Origin: Octopus vulgaris
Taxonomy: Eukaryota
NCBI GenBank assembly: GCA_951406725.2
Contig: OX597840.1
Span: 3,162,001-3,226,000 of the forward strand
Direction: 5' to 3'
Length of the DNA stretch: 64,000 bases
Shown: in pieces, positions 14,501 to 30,272 of the stretch
Position numbering within the stretch: the first letter of the stretch is position 1
Layout: every line of letters starts with the position of its first letter
Translations under genes and position numbers: made by a program
The notes under the pieces: model-generated
Told to the model about the DNA's origin: nothing
Databases searched by the model: none
What the model saw: only the letters and a program-made list of their open reading frames with translations

Positions 14501-14949
14501 GGTAGAAAGATAGATATACGTGCACTTACGTACCTCTGTGTTGTTCATACACACATGTTTGCTTAATCTGAGAATCGTACATTCGTATAATCATACAGTC
14601 ATAAAGACAATGCTATTGATAATATATACATATATATACACACACATATATATATACATATGCATAAGTAATGCATATATACATATGTACACACACACAC
14701 GCATACAACCACATACACACGTATATAAGTAAGTATACATAAATACATACACGCTTTCCTATACACACACGCACATACCATATGCTACACATACAATACA
14801 AACATACGTGCGTATATATAAGTATACCACCATATATGTATAGAGGTGTATAGCACTCCTAGAATACAAACACTTCTAGAATGCACACAGGACCCGGAAA
14901 GTGGGGCGAGGGTTACTCGATCCCAATGACTGACCCCTTCTCCGGACAA

Positions 14950-15709
14950 GTATTATATTTCAACGTCTGCTGTTACGTTCTGAGTTCAAATTCCACCGAG
15001 GTCGACTTTACCTTTCATCCTTTCGGGGTCGATAAATTAAGTACCATTTACGCACTGGGGTCGATGTAATCGACTTAATACCTATGTCTGTCCTTGTTTC
15101 TCCCCTCTGTGTTTAGCCCCTTGTGGGTAGTAAAGAAATAGGTATTTCGTCTGCCGTTACGTTCTGAGTTCAAATTCCGCCGAGGTCGACTTTACCTTTC
15201 ACCCTTTCGGAATCGATCAATTAAGTACCAGTTACGCACACTTAATCCGTTTGTCTGTCCTTGTTTGTTCCCTCTATGTTTAGCCCCTTGTGGGTAATAA
15301 AGAAATAGGTATTATATTTCAACGTCTGCCGTTACGTTGTGAGTTCAAATTCCGCCGAGGTCAACTTTACCTTTCATCCTTTCGGGGTCGATAAATTAAG
15401 TACCAGTTACGCACTGGGGTCGATGTAATCGACTTAATACCTATGTCTGTCCTTGTTTGTCCCCTCTATGTTTAGCCCCTTGTGGGTAATAAAGAAATAG
15501 GTATTATATTTCAACGTCTGCCGTTACGTTGTGAGTTCAAATTCCGCCGAGGTCGACTTTACCTTTCATCCTTTCGGGTTCGATAAATTAAGTACCAGTT
15601 ACTCACTGGGGTCGATGTAATCGACTTTAATACCCATGTCTGTCCTTGTTTGTCCCCTCTATGTTTAGCTCCTTGTGGGTAGTAAAGAAATAGGTATTAT
15701 ATTTCAACG
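14950..15709 (+). mobile_element. Four-unit tandem array of the ~184-bp tailed SINE-B derivative with repeated 16-bp flank
   Basis: Units TCTGC(C/T)GTTACGTT..GTGGG(TAG/TAA)TAAAGAAATA; GTATTATATTTCAACG occurs at 14950, 15309, 15501 and 15694. Confidence 0.9.
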
Positions 15710-16050
15710 AAGAAAAACGGGTAGAAGGCACATTTTCCTTTGAGTTGGGATTTGAATTCAGAGCTGAAATGCCGGATCAGTTACCACAAGGTACTTTTTC
15801 CGATGTCCAAACGATGATGCTTCGTCGAAATGTTGTTCAGTCGTAATTATAAGAGCGGAATAGTGAATGGGTGCGTGTGATTCTGCACATGTGAGTCGGA
15901 GATCTTTCTCAACGTGGAGAGATGTAAGGCGAGGGAAATACAGACACGGAAAAATACAAGCAGATTGTGCAAGCGCGAAGACTGTCAGATATAAAGCATA
16001 TACACGCTAAGATATACGTAAATAAACGAATATATACGTATATATATATA

Positions 16051-16195
16051 TATTTCTTTATTGCCCACAAGGAGCTAAACACAGAGGGGGACAAACAAGG
16101 ACAGACAAAGGGGTTAAGTCGATTACATCGACCCCAGTGCGAAACTGGTACTTTATTTATCGACCCCGAAAGGATGAAAGGCAAAGTCGACCTCG

Positions 16196-16199
<4 letters not shown>
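16051..16199 (-). mobile_element. Single 5'-truncated tailed SINE-B unit in a (TA)n tract
   Basis: Same tail (GTGGGCAATAAAGAAATA on minus strand) and body as the array units. Confidence 0.85.
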
Positions 16200-16243
<44 letters not shown>

Positions 16244-16302
16244 ATGTGTGTATATATATATATATATGTGTGTGTGTATGTGTGTATAAATATGTATATG
16301 TG

Positions 16303-16350
<48 letters not shown>

Positions 16351-16424
16351 GGGTGGCGAATATTCGTTATAAATATCACCACCCAGTGGCCTAGCATGTA
16401 TAAAAAGTCAATAGACAACATATT

Positions 16425-16665
16425 CGTATTTCAAAATAGAAAATTACCCTTTAACAGGTAATTTTTACATGCTAGAAATAGCAGCCAACACGGCCAAAAA
16501 CCACAATTTTATAGCAAATTTCGAAGTAAATGAAAAATAAGTAAAGGTTTTTATTTTTCATTTACTTCGAAATTTGCTATAAAATTGTGGTTTTTTGGCC
16601 GTGTGGCTGCTATTTCTAGCATGTAAAAATTACCTGTTAAAGGATAATTTTCTATTTTGAAATAC

Positions 16666-16667
<2 letters not shown>
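16425..16667. mobile_element. Near-perfect ~240-bp palindrome (fold-back MITE)
   Basis: Arms CGTATTTCAAAATAGAAAATTA..GAAAAATAA and its reverse complement, separated by a ~10-nt loop; TA-rich flanks. Confidence 0.8.
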
Positions 16668-16716
<49 letters not shown>

Positions 16717-16816
16717 CACAGACAGAGAGACAGACACACAGACAGACTGACAGACAGGCAGGCAGGCAGGCAGGCAGATGGATGGAGAGATAGAGAAATG
16801 GATCGATGGATCGACT

Positions 16817-16864
<48 letters not shown>

Positions 16865-16887
16865 TGGATAGAAAGATAGATAGATAG

Positions 16888-17432
16888 ATTTCTCTACTAC
16901 CCACAAGGGGGCTAAACATAGAGGGGACAAACAAGGACAGACAAACGGATTAAGTCGATTATATCGACCCCAGTGCGTAACTGGTACTTAATTTATCGAC
17001 CCGAAAGAATGAAAGGCAAAGTCGGCCTCGGCGGAATTTGAACTCAGAACGTAACGGCAGACGAAATACCTATTTCTTTACTACCCACCGGGGGCTAAAC
17101 ACAGAGGGGACAAACAAGGACAGACAAACGGATTAAGTCGATTATATCGACCCCAGTGCGTAACTGGTACTTAATTTAATCGACCCCGAAAGGATGAAAG
17201 GTAAAGTCGACCTCAGCGGAATTTGAACTCAGAACGTAACGGCAGACGAAATACCTATTTCTTTACTACCCACAAGGGGCTAAACACAGAGGGGACAAAC
17301 AAAGACAGACATAGGTATTAAGTCGAATACATCGACTCCAGTACTCAACTGGTACTTAATTTATCGACCCTGAAAGGATGAAAAGCAAAGTCGACCTCAA
17401 CGGAATTTGAACTCAGAACGTAACGGCAATCG
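16888..17432 (-). mobile_element. Three-unit tandem array of the tailed SINE-B derivative inside a (GATA)n tract
   Basis: Three ~185-bp units joined at AAAGAAATA|GGTATTTCGTCTGCC (minus strand); GATA repeats on both sides. Confidence 0.9.
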
Positions 17433-17659
17433 AGATAGATAGATAAGCAGGCAGGCAGGCAGAAAGCCGAACAGACAGACAGACAGGCAGGTAGACAGGT
17501 AGACAGGTGGACAGGTAGACAGACAGACAGATAGATAGGAAGATAGATCGTTTTATTTCCCATCAATCCCTTTAACGGTGTCTGCTAGTATTAGAGAGAG
17601 AGAGAGGATGCGAGACCATCATCATGGAATCAATAAGGTGTGTATATGTGTTCGTATGC

Positions 17660-17760
17660 TTCATTGTGTGTGTTTGTGTGTGTGTGTGTTTGTGTTTGTG
17701 TGTTTGTGTGTGTGGGTGTGTTTGTGGGTGTGTGTGTGTGTGTGTTTGAGTGTGTGTGTC

Positions 17761-17820
<60 letters not shown>

Positions 17821-17882
17821 TGTGTGTGTTTGTGTGTGTGTGCGTTTGTGTGTGTGTGTGTTTGTGTGTGTTTGAGTGTGTA

Positions 17883-17913
<31 letters not shown>

Positions 17914-17937
17914 TTGTGTGTGTGTGTTTGTGTGTAT

Positions 17938-18002
<65 letters not shown>

Positions 18003-18065
18003 TGTGTGTGTTTGTGTGTGTGTATGCGTGTCTATGTGTGTGTGTCTGTGTATGTGTGTGTTGGG

Positions 18066-18119
<54 letters not shown>

Positions 18120-18175
18120 TTGTGTGTGTGTTTGTGTGTGTGTGCGTGTATTCGTGTGTGTGTGTGTGTGTCTGT
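17660..18175. repeat. Long imperfect (TG)n array
   Basis: Directly visible. Confidence 0.95.
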
Positions 18176-18619
18176 TTCCTTCTGCATGTATGTGTGCGCC
18201 TTGCCACATGTTTGTGCCACATGTTCATATGTTCCTTCCTGTTATACAGAGTGTAACGAGTACACGAAAGCAATGTGACTGCAACGTACCTCATCCGTGT
18301 CACTTCACCACCTGCCGCCAACAGCCTCCCTGTGGGGCGGCGGAGATGCGCAGTGCATCTGTTAAACAGGCTTGCCTTTCGCACGGAGACGTAGTCTTTG
18401 GACGTGGACGACCCGAATACGTGACTGGTACCTCCATACGAATTGACCTCGGATGGCTGAAATCAAGGCTGGCCATAGTAGGCTTTGAACTCGCAATGTT
18501 TCAAATTGGAACGAGTACAGTTACGCATTTATATTTGTTCGGTGCTCTGCCGACCTGGGCAATTCATCACAATTTTATACACTCACACTTACACATACAC
18601 ACATAAATACACGCATAGA

Positions 18620-20035
<1,416 letters not shown>

Positions 20036-20066
20036 GCGTACCTGCGTTCGTACATGTGTATGTATT

Positions 20067-20702
20067 TATGCATGTACGTATGCATACATGTATGTTTGTA
20101 TATATATGTGTGTTGGTGTGGGTGTGTTTATCCCTATGATTGAGTGTATGCATGTATATAGATTAATACATACACATACATGCATACGTGTACATATGAA
20201 TATATACATTTGCATATATATATATATATATATGCACACACACACACATAATTATAGATGTGTGCTTGTTTGTGTGTGTGTGCGTATGCATGTATGAGTA
20301 CAACCGTGTATAATCATACAGGCAGCCATATACATATACACATATAATTGTTTGTATATGTGACACACACATATACATACACATATACGCATAGACACAT
20401 ACATATACTTATATATAGATATACATATGGATGCATTGTTCCATTTTGTACTTTTATACATATATATGCACATTTACACATACATATACACACATACCCA
20501 CATACATACTTATACACATATACATATACACATTTAGATATAAATACATGTACGTATACGTATGCATACACATACACTTAGACACATACATACATACATA
20601 CATACATACATACATACATACATACATGCATGCATACATACATACATACATACATACATACATACATACATGCATACATACATACATACATACATACATA
20701 CA

Positions 20703-20738
<36 letters not shown>

Positions 20739-20880
20739 TGCAAATGTATATATTCATATGTACATGTATTCATGTATGTGTATGTATTAATCTATATACA
20801 TGCATACACTCAATCCTAGGGATAAACACACCCACACCAACACACATATATATACAAACATACATGTACGCATACGTACA
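20067..20880. repeat. Inverted duplication (arms ~20067-20230 and ~20731-20880)
   Basis: GTTGGTGTGGGTGTGTTTATCCCTATGATTGAGTG vs CACTCAATCCTAGGGATAAACACACCCACACCAAC. Confidence 0.85.
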
Positions 20881-20961
20881 TACATACATACACATATACA
20901 TACATACATACATAGACATTCATATAGAAATACCTATATACTTATACGCATATACATAAAC

Positions 20962-21010
<49 letters not shown>

Positions 21011-21209
21011 AGTGTGTGTACGCATGTATGTATACATTCACACATACTGAGAGAGAGAGGTAGGGAGAAAGTCAGAGATTTATAGAAAGAGAGAGAGAAA
21101 GAGTTAGAGCTTTAGAGAGAAAGAGAAAGAGAATGAAAAGTAAAAATGGACAAAGAGAGAAAGAATGAGTGGGAGAGAGAGAGGTTGGCTAACATTAATA
21201 AGAAACACG

Positions 21210-21264
<55 letters not shown>

Positions 21265-21560
21265 TGTATGTATGTATAACGATATACTATATATGCTCCA
21301 TGCGAGCGCTTATATCCTAAGCTAGCACATCGCAGTGTACTCTGGTGGTCAGTATATACATCACTCTCTCGGATTTGTGCATATACATACCGCTCTTACA
21401 AACGAAACGTGTAGATGTATCGAAGTTTAAGTGTAATCATGTAGTGTTTATATACCTGTATATACATACCGTCGAGTAACGCTACATATACACAAGGGTA
21501 ATGGAACCACGTGTTTGTGTGTTTGTGTTTTTGTGTGTGTGTGTGTGTGTGTGTGTAGAT

Positions 21561-21655
<95 letters not shown>

Positions 21656-21824
21656 GGGATGAACAGATAGAGAAAGTGAAAGTAAGAGATAAACACACAC
21701 ATATATGCAAATATTTACACTCCTACGTATGTATAAATACACATACATATGCACATATACACACCTTGTCGGTTGTAATGTCAAAAAGGCATACATATAT
21801 ATACACACCAACGCATACTCATAT

Positions 21825-21873
<49 letters not shown>

Positions 21874-22167
21874 GGTTTATATACCTGTGCTTGTATGAAC
21901 GTAAATACACGTGTAGGATATATGAAATGCAAAATCACACAGGTACCAAACAATAAACAGGTACGCGCCTATACACGCACGTGTGTGTATGTGTGTGTGT
22001 GTGTGTGAGTATGTGTATGTGTGTGTGTGTGTATTTGTGTATATACAGTTAATGACATAATTAAATAGACGCGGCTGATGGGCCGTCTATCAAACAAACA
22101 GACACACAGACACAACCGTTGAACAACTGATTACAAGCAGGTATTTATACGTATATACACACACACA

Positions 22168-22210
<43 letters not shown>

Positions 22211-22688
22211 ACACATATATTGAACTGCACGGTCTCTCACAGGCTGAGGGAGTTTCATATACATACAGCAATAGTTACGCATATATACACACATATAAAA
22301 ATTAAATACATATACACTTCGGACTTACATACCAAAACTCACACATCGTCAGACATATACACACGCTTACAGACCTACGCGCACATGCAACTACGCGTAC
22401 ATACATTGAAATATACATACATACACACGTATATACATACGTACATTCATATATAGACACGCACATATATATACGTATACTTATATTTATTAGAGATTCA
22501 TGTACATACACATATACATTACGTACGCACATACTTAAACGGACATACACACACACACACACACACACGCACATACATACAAACGTAATACATATATACA
22601 CATATGGTGGTGCCCCAGCATGGCCACAGCTCGTGAGCTGAAACTAGATAAAATAAAGTAAAAATATACTCATAGGTCCATTCGTATA

Positions 22689-22736
<48 letters not shown>

Positions 22737-22993
22737 ATACATATATGCCTTCATATATACATATATTTACCTACAGTATGTACGTACATACGTATGCATA
22801 CACTCACGCATGCATATATAGACATATACGTACATATATATACACACCATCGGTGCATTGGTACATACATACAAATACACTTACACATACAGACAGTTAT
22901 ATATACAGGTACACACACACAGACTTTCGTAATACACACGCTCACATATGCACATACAAAGATGCAAACATACACGCAGGTACACCTACATAC

Positions 22994-23037
<44 letters not shown>

Positions 23038-23311
23038 TACACACACACACGCAATACACACACTAAAGACACCTCCGTAAACATAAGACATCAACCGTAC
23101 ACAGCCTCACGTACGCAAACATACATACATATATGTGCGTACATATATACACCTATGGGCATAGGGTAATTAAATAGACATACACATATACACACGTATA
23201 CGTACACACTCCTATACATGCAGGTATATATGGTAATGCATACATATACATATATATGTGTATATATATATATATATGTGTGTGTTTGTGTATGTGTGTA
23301 TATACATACTA

Positions 23312-23358
<47 letters not shown>

Positions 23359-23559
23359 AATGTATGTTTGTATGTTCGTATGTATGTGTGTATATATACA
23401 CATGCTTATATACATAATATATATACAGACACACTTATACACACACATACATCGACATAACCCGTTATACGGGCATATATATTCTACACACGATACATAC
23501 ACACACATATACACCTCTCTGTCACTCTCTCACACTCTCTCTCTCACTCTCTCTCTCTC

Positions 23560-23603
<44 letters not shown>

Positions 23604-25447
23604 TGATAAATAATTTATATATAGATATGCATATATACATACGTATATGTACATACTTTCATCTATACGTATATATATATATATATATATATATGTTCAC
23701 ATACACATACACACATACATACGCATATGAACACACATTCAATGAACAGCCACACATGGCCATACACACACAAATACACGTAATCTTGCACACGTACCCC
23801 CAGCTGATGTAAAAAGCCATCAAATTCTAGCGAGCGAGATTCTGGCTGGTTAACCGGCTAGCTAGAAATAACAGCCAAATCTCCGTCAAATCACACTTAT
23901 ACACGCATATAAGTATACGCAGGTACTTATATACACCCAACTGAAGCAGGAAACGTGGCAAAAAAAACAAGAGGGTTTCTACGAAGCTGATTAATCGATT
24001 TGTTAGAAACAACAGCCCAATATCTCTCCTAAAACAGCGAAATATGTGTGGGTGTGTGCGTGTGTGTGTATTTTTCTATGTGTACGTGTGTGTGTATGAG
24101 TGTGTGATCATGTGTGTTTATACGTGTGTGAGCGAGTGTATGTGTGTGCTTGTATGCGTGTGTTTATGCGTGTGTGTCTGCGCGTGTGTGGGCATGTGTG
24201 TATGTGTGTTTATGCGTATGTGTGTGTGTGTGGTCGTGTGAATAGGAGTATGTGAATAGGAGTATGTGTGTGTGTGTGCGTGTGTGCATGTGAATAGGTG
24301 TGTGTGTGTGTGTGTGTGTGCGTGTGTGTGTGCGTGTGTGTGTGCGTGTATGTGCGTGTGGGTACCTATGACCCTTAAAGGAAACAGAAGTAGACGTCGG
24401 GTGATGCTGAGCCGATAAAAACCACACAAGTCGGGTAAAGAAGGGATGGCCACGGACGGAGTGACGTCTGGTCGTATTGATTCTTGATCGCAATCGACCT
24501 GAGGTTAAACAACAATAGGCACACACACACACACACGCACACACATACACACGCATACGCACACATACGCACACACATACACAAACACACAAACACACAT
24601 GCACACACACACTGATATGTGCGGATGCGTCAGCAGGTGTATCTGTATATATGTATGCTGGTGTGTATGTGTATGTGTGTGTGTGCATACACATACACAC
24701 ACAATACACACATACGCACACTCACACACACATACAGCCAAATACACACACATACATGCATGTACGTATGTATAAGATATGATACATATACACATACACA
24801 GACACACACACACCCATACACACATGTACACACATACACACACAACAGAAACACATACACACACACACAAATACACATACGCACACACTCACACACACAT
24901 ACTGCCAAACACTCACATACATGCATGTACACACACACACACACATGAAACACACACATACACGCAAAAACACATACACACACACACAAACACATACATG
25001 TACGCATGTGTACGATATAGTACATATACACTTACAAATACACACCACATACAGACACCCACCTACACACACACACTCACATACACACACACACACACGC
25101 AAATACAGGCCCCCCTCCGCACAAGCGCACATACGTCCGGACCCGTGAAGTGTGAAAGGCTACACATACACACACACACACACACATAAACACGCTCGCC
25201 TCAACCAACACCCTACTCCCCACTCTCACTACTACTACTACTACTACTACCACTACTACTACTACTACTACTACTGTAGCGAAATGCAACACGCACCTTG
25301 CGCGCACAGCGCACACGCATTTAAATGCCTATATATACACATACGAAGAAGGTGATGTTATACTCGTGTTTCGTGCACGCCGTCTCTGTCGCTGCTGTCC
25401 TCTGCTCGTCGACTGTAAAACGTTAATACATACACATACCCCTACAT

Positions 25448-25516
<69 letters not shown>

Positions 25517-25517
25517 C

Positions 25518-25575
<58 letters not shown>

Positions 25576-25578
<3 letters not shown>

Positions 25579-25764
25579 TGTTTCTTTATTAGACACAGGG
25601 CTGCACACAGATAGAACAAATTACAAGGTAGAGCTTTTCTTTTGAAGGTTTAAAAAAAAAAAAAAAAAAAAAGATAGGAAGGGAGTTTCGATCAAAAGGG
25701 ATCGTAAAAGGATAGAAAGAGGACAAAAAAATTAAAAAAAAGGGGGAGAGGAAAAAAAAAAAAA

Positions 25765-25767
<3 letters not shown>
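25576..25767 (-). mobile_element. Fifth Tx1-like LINE 3' end, again flanked by (GATA)n on both sides
   Basis: TTTCTTTATTAGACACAGGGCTGCACACAGAT..CAAGGTAGAGCTTTTC..CGATCAAAAGGGATCGTAAAAGG matches the 6781-8195 copies. Confidence 0.85.
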
Positions 25768-25797
<30 letters not shown>

Positions 25798-25798
25798 C

Positions 25799-25871
<73 letters not shown>

Positions 25872-26038
25872 TGTATGTATGCATGTATGTACACACACAA
25901 GTATATATATGTGTGTGTGTGTGTGTATACATATGTCTGTGTGTTTATATATATATGTGTGTATGTGTGTGTATACAGATAGACAGATAGATACATACAT
26001 ACAGACAGACAGACATGCATACATACATGGACATAGAG

Positions 26039-26103
<65 letters not shown>

Positions 26104-26180
26104 TGTATATATGCATGTATGTACACACACACGTATATATATGTGTGTGTGTATACATTTGACTGTGTTTATATATATAC

Positions 26181-26212
<32 letters not shown>

Positions 26213-26870
26213 ACAGATAGATAGACAGACAGACAGAAAGATAGATAGATAGATATGTATGTATGCATGTACGTATACACACACACGTATATATATATGT
26301 GTGTGTGTGTATACATATGTCTGTGTGTTTATATATGTATGTGTATATGTGTATATATATAAACTTAAAACACGGGGAGAGTCAAACACGTTCGCCCATA
26401 TGATCTTATACACGCGTTTAAACATACGCAGGAATGCATAATTATGCATACACACACACACACAGACACATACACGCACATACACATACACGTATGTGTA
26501 TATACATAACGATATACACCTACATTTACGTATATATATATTCATACCTTCACATATATATACCCACATGCAAACTCAAAGATACGTTTATATACATAAT
26601 CAACTGTTACAAACAGGCGCTCTCACACCTGCGGCGAGGTTATACACAGGTACACACACACACTCACGTAAACACACACACACACACACACACACATACA
26701 CACGTAAACACGCACACGCACACACACATACACACACACACATACACACGTAAACACGCACACACACACATACGCACACACACACACACATACACACGTG
26801 CAGACGCATGTACACAAACACACACTCCCACATACGCTCGTACGTAGACGAACTTACACAAATACACCTT

Positions 26871-26916
<46 letters not shown>

Positions 26917-27309
26917 CACATACATATATACACTAGGTGATTTAACACATGGATGCATTCAACGAAGGCTATAACAGCGATGAGGACGAAGGCGGCGGAG
27001 GCGACGACAATAACAACAACAACAAGCACCAGCATCAAGGATAAACAATAAAAATCATCGCTATCCTCATCATCGTCGTCGTCATCATCATCACCATCAT
27101 CATCACCATCATAAGCATCACCATCATCATCATCATTATCATCATCATCGTCGTCGTCATCATCATAAGCATCATCATCATCATCATCATCACCCATCAC
27201 CATCGTCATCATCATCCTCATCACCACCACTATCGTCATCGTCGCCACCGTTATGATGATTACCATTGTTACTACCACCACCACCACCACCACTATTACT
27301 ACTACTACA

Positions 27310-27354
<45 letters not shown>

Positions 27355-27553
27355 CTTTTCTGCTGGAGGCATAAGGCCTCAGATTTCTGGACAGAGGACT
27401 AATCGATTACCTCGACCCCAGTACGCAACTGGTACCTAATCTGTCGATTCCGAAAGGATGAAAGGCAAATACTAAATTTTCCGATCATTGTTTATTTTCT
27501 CATAATCGCTAATAACATTCGTTCTATTACCACTACCACTGCTACTACTACTA

Positions 27554-27595
<42 letters not shown>

Positions 27596-27692
27596 GTACT
27601 ACTACTGCTGCTGCTGCTGCTACTACTACTACTACTACTACAACTGCTGTTGCTGCAGATTGGGCTCTATTACTATAAATAGTAGTAGCAGC

Positions 27693-27723
<31 letters not shown>

Positions 27724-27724
27724 A

Positions 27725-27779
<55 letters not shown>

Positions 27780-28318
27780 GGTGTGTGGTTGTCGTTATGG
27801 TTGTAGTGTATGGTGGTGGTGTACTACTACAAACACTCCGCTACTATTACTACTACTACTACTACTACTACAAACACTACCACTACAGTAAGAGTTAAGT
27901 TATTACAAGTACCTCTACCACCACCACCACCACCACCACCACCACCACAACTACTACTTCTACTAACACTAATACTAGTACAACTACTACCTCTGCTACT
28001 TCAAACAGAAGTGCTGTACTACAGTGACTAGTACGACCACAACTACTAAAGCTGCTACTACTACTACTACTACTACTATTACTATAAGCAGTTGCATTAT
28101 TACTACTTTTACTGCTACTACTGTAAACGCTATACTACTAAGACTTGTACTACAACTACAACTACCAGTACTACTAGTCCAAACGCCGTACTACTTAGGA
28201 CCGTATTATAAACTGCTGCTTATAATACTACTAGAAACACTAACCACAACAACAACCTTTACTGCTACTGTTTGTAATTCTACTACCATTACTAGAAATA
28301 CTACTTCTACTACTGCTG

Positions 28319-28374
<56 letters not shown>

Positions 28375-28576
28375 GATGAGGAGGATAATGCTGCTACTAC
28401 ACGCGCGGCGTAAATTCATTCATGCTTTAGCCCCGACGAATCCGAGAATAAAATATAAACAACGTGCGAGATGAAAGAACGCGTTTGGGCCTGTAGGTGG
28501 CTGGCAGAAATACCAGAAATAGCAGCTAAATCAGGACCGCATTCATACACACACACAAACACACACACACATACAT

Positions 28577-28624
<48 letters not shown>

Positions 28625-28646
28625 TCACAAACACATACATACATAA

Positions 28647-28677
<31 letters not shown>

Positions 28678-29022
28678 CATACACACACACACAAACACAC
28701 ACACACACACACACACATACTCACAAACACACATACACAAACACATACACACGTCTTATCTGGCCAAGTACCTGCACACCGAGCTGCCGCCTTTAAAACA
28801 ATAATTAAAACCGGAGGGTTGGAGGGCGGCGACGGGGCGGCTATAGATTAATAGCTTAATAGATTATCTGATTAAAGACTGACTAGGATTTCAGCGAGTG
28901 CTGATCGACCTGGTAGGGCACGGACAGGTTGGCTTCATGCACACATACATACATATATACATACATACATACATACATACATACATACATACGTACATAT
29001 ATATACATCTATATATACGGAG

Positions 29023-29093
<71 letters not shown>

Positions 29094-29104
29094 CATGTAT
29101 ATGC

Positions 29105-29202
<98 letters not shown>

Positions 29203-29859
29203 ATTATATATATCTATATAAATAAATAGTTGGATAGACGGATAGACAGACAGACAAATAGACAGACAGATAGAAAGATAGAAAGACACTTATACATACA
29301 TACATACATATAGACACACACATATCTATACGTATATACTTACATACAGGTACGTAAGCTTTTCATCAAAGGTGACTGTTCTTACGATTAAACAAGAACA
29401 ACAATAACAACACCAACAATAACAGCAACAACAACAACAGCAACAATGATAGTTACGAAGGAGGTTCCTGTACGCATTAGCTGGAAAGCAACTGTAAAAA
29501 TCGCAGCTAAATCGCCCTCAATTCACACGTTTTTGTTTGTGTATGTGTATATGAGTGTTTCTGTTTGTTTTGTTAAATAGGACACCTGAGGTAATGTAGT
29601 CCTAGATGTATTTAGGTAAATTTTAAATAAACAATTGAATATATAAATAAAGCAAGTATTTGTTTTTGTTTTTATTTTCTTGTATTTTGGGGGTTTTTTT
29701 GATGGGGGGACCATTTTTTTTTTTTTTTTTTTGTCCGTCTCTCAAGTCAAATCTCGCACAGTCAGATCACACGGGCCTGTGGCTAAATATCAACAACAAA
29801 CAACAAGAAGAGAAACAATAAATAAAAAAAAATAACAAGACCGACACCAGCGCTGTGTC

Positions 29860-29950
29860 CTACAACACCGCCGCGCGCCACGCCACGCCACGCCCCGCTC
29901 CGCCGGCGCCGCTTCCGCCGCCGCAGCACACCTCTCGCTTAACATTCAAC
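29860..29950 (+). promoter_or_regulatory. GC/CpG-rich promoter-like island upstream of the anosmin-like exon
   Basis: The most conspicuous GC-rich non-mobile stretch in the window (CCGCCGCGCGCCACGCCACGCCACGCCCCGCTCCGCCGGCGCC), with KLF/Sp-type CCACGCCC and an Inr-like AACATTC after it; ~1.8 kb upstream of the ATG. Confidence 0.5.
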
Positions 29951-30199
29951 AAACAAGAGTGCGCTAATAACTAGCGAGAGATGACAGCGGCTTTTACAAT
30001 ACGAGGAAGAAAGAAGACGAGACGTAGGAAGAAGCGATATACATACGTGTGTATATTATATACACACACACGTATGTAGAATTAGACAAACCGAAACAAC
30101 ACCATATCTATATATATATACCATATATAGCACATATATATATATACAAGCAAATATATATTTACATATATATACATACAATTAGATATATATACACAT

Positions 30200-30272
<73 letters not shown>

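Noticed and set aside
14950-15709. Repeated 16-mer separated by ~180-bp segments resembling a CRISPR array
   Set aside because: The 'spacers' are near-identical SINE-derived units, the context is eukaryotic and there are no cas genes.
16471-16482. GCTAGAAATAGC matches part of the SpCas9 sgRNA scaffold
   Set aside because: Only 12 nt, flanks do not match the scaffold, and it is part of a dispersed endogenous motif.
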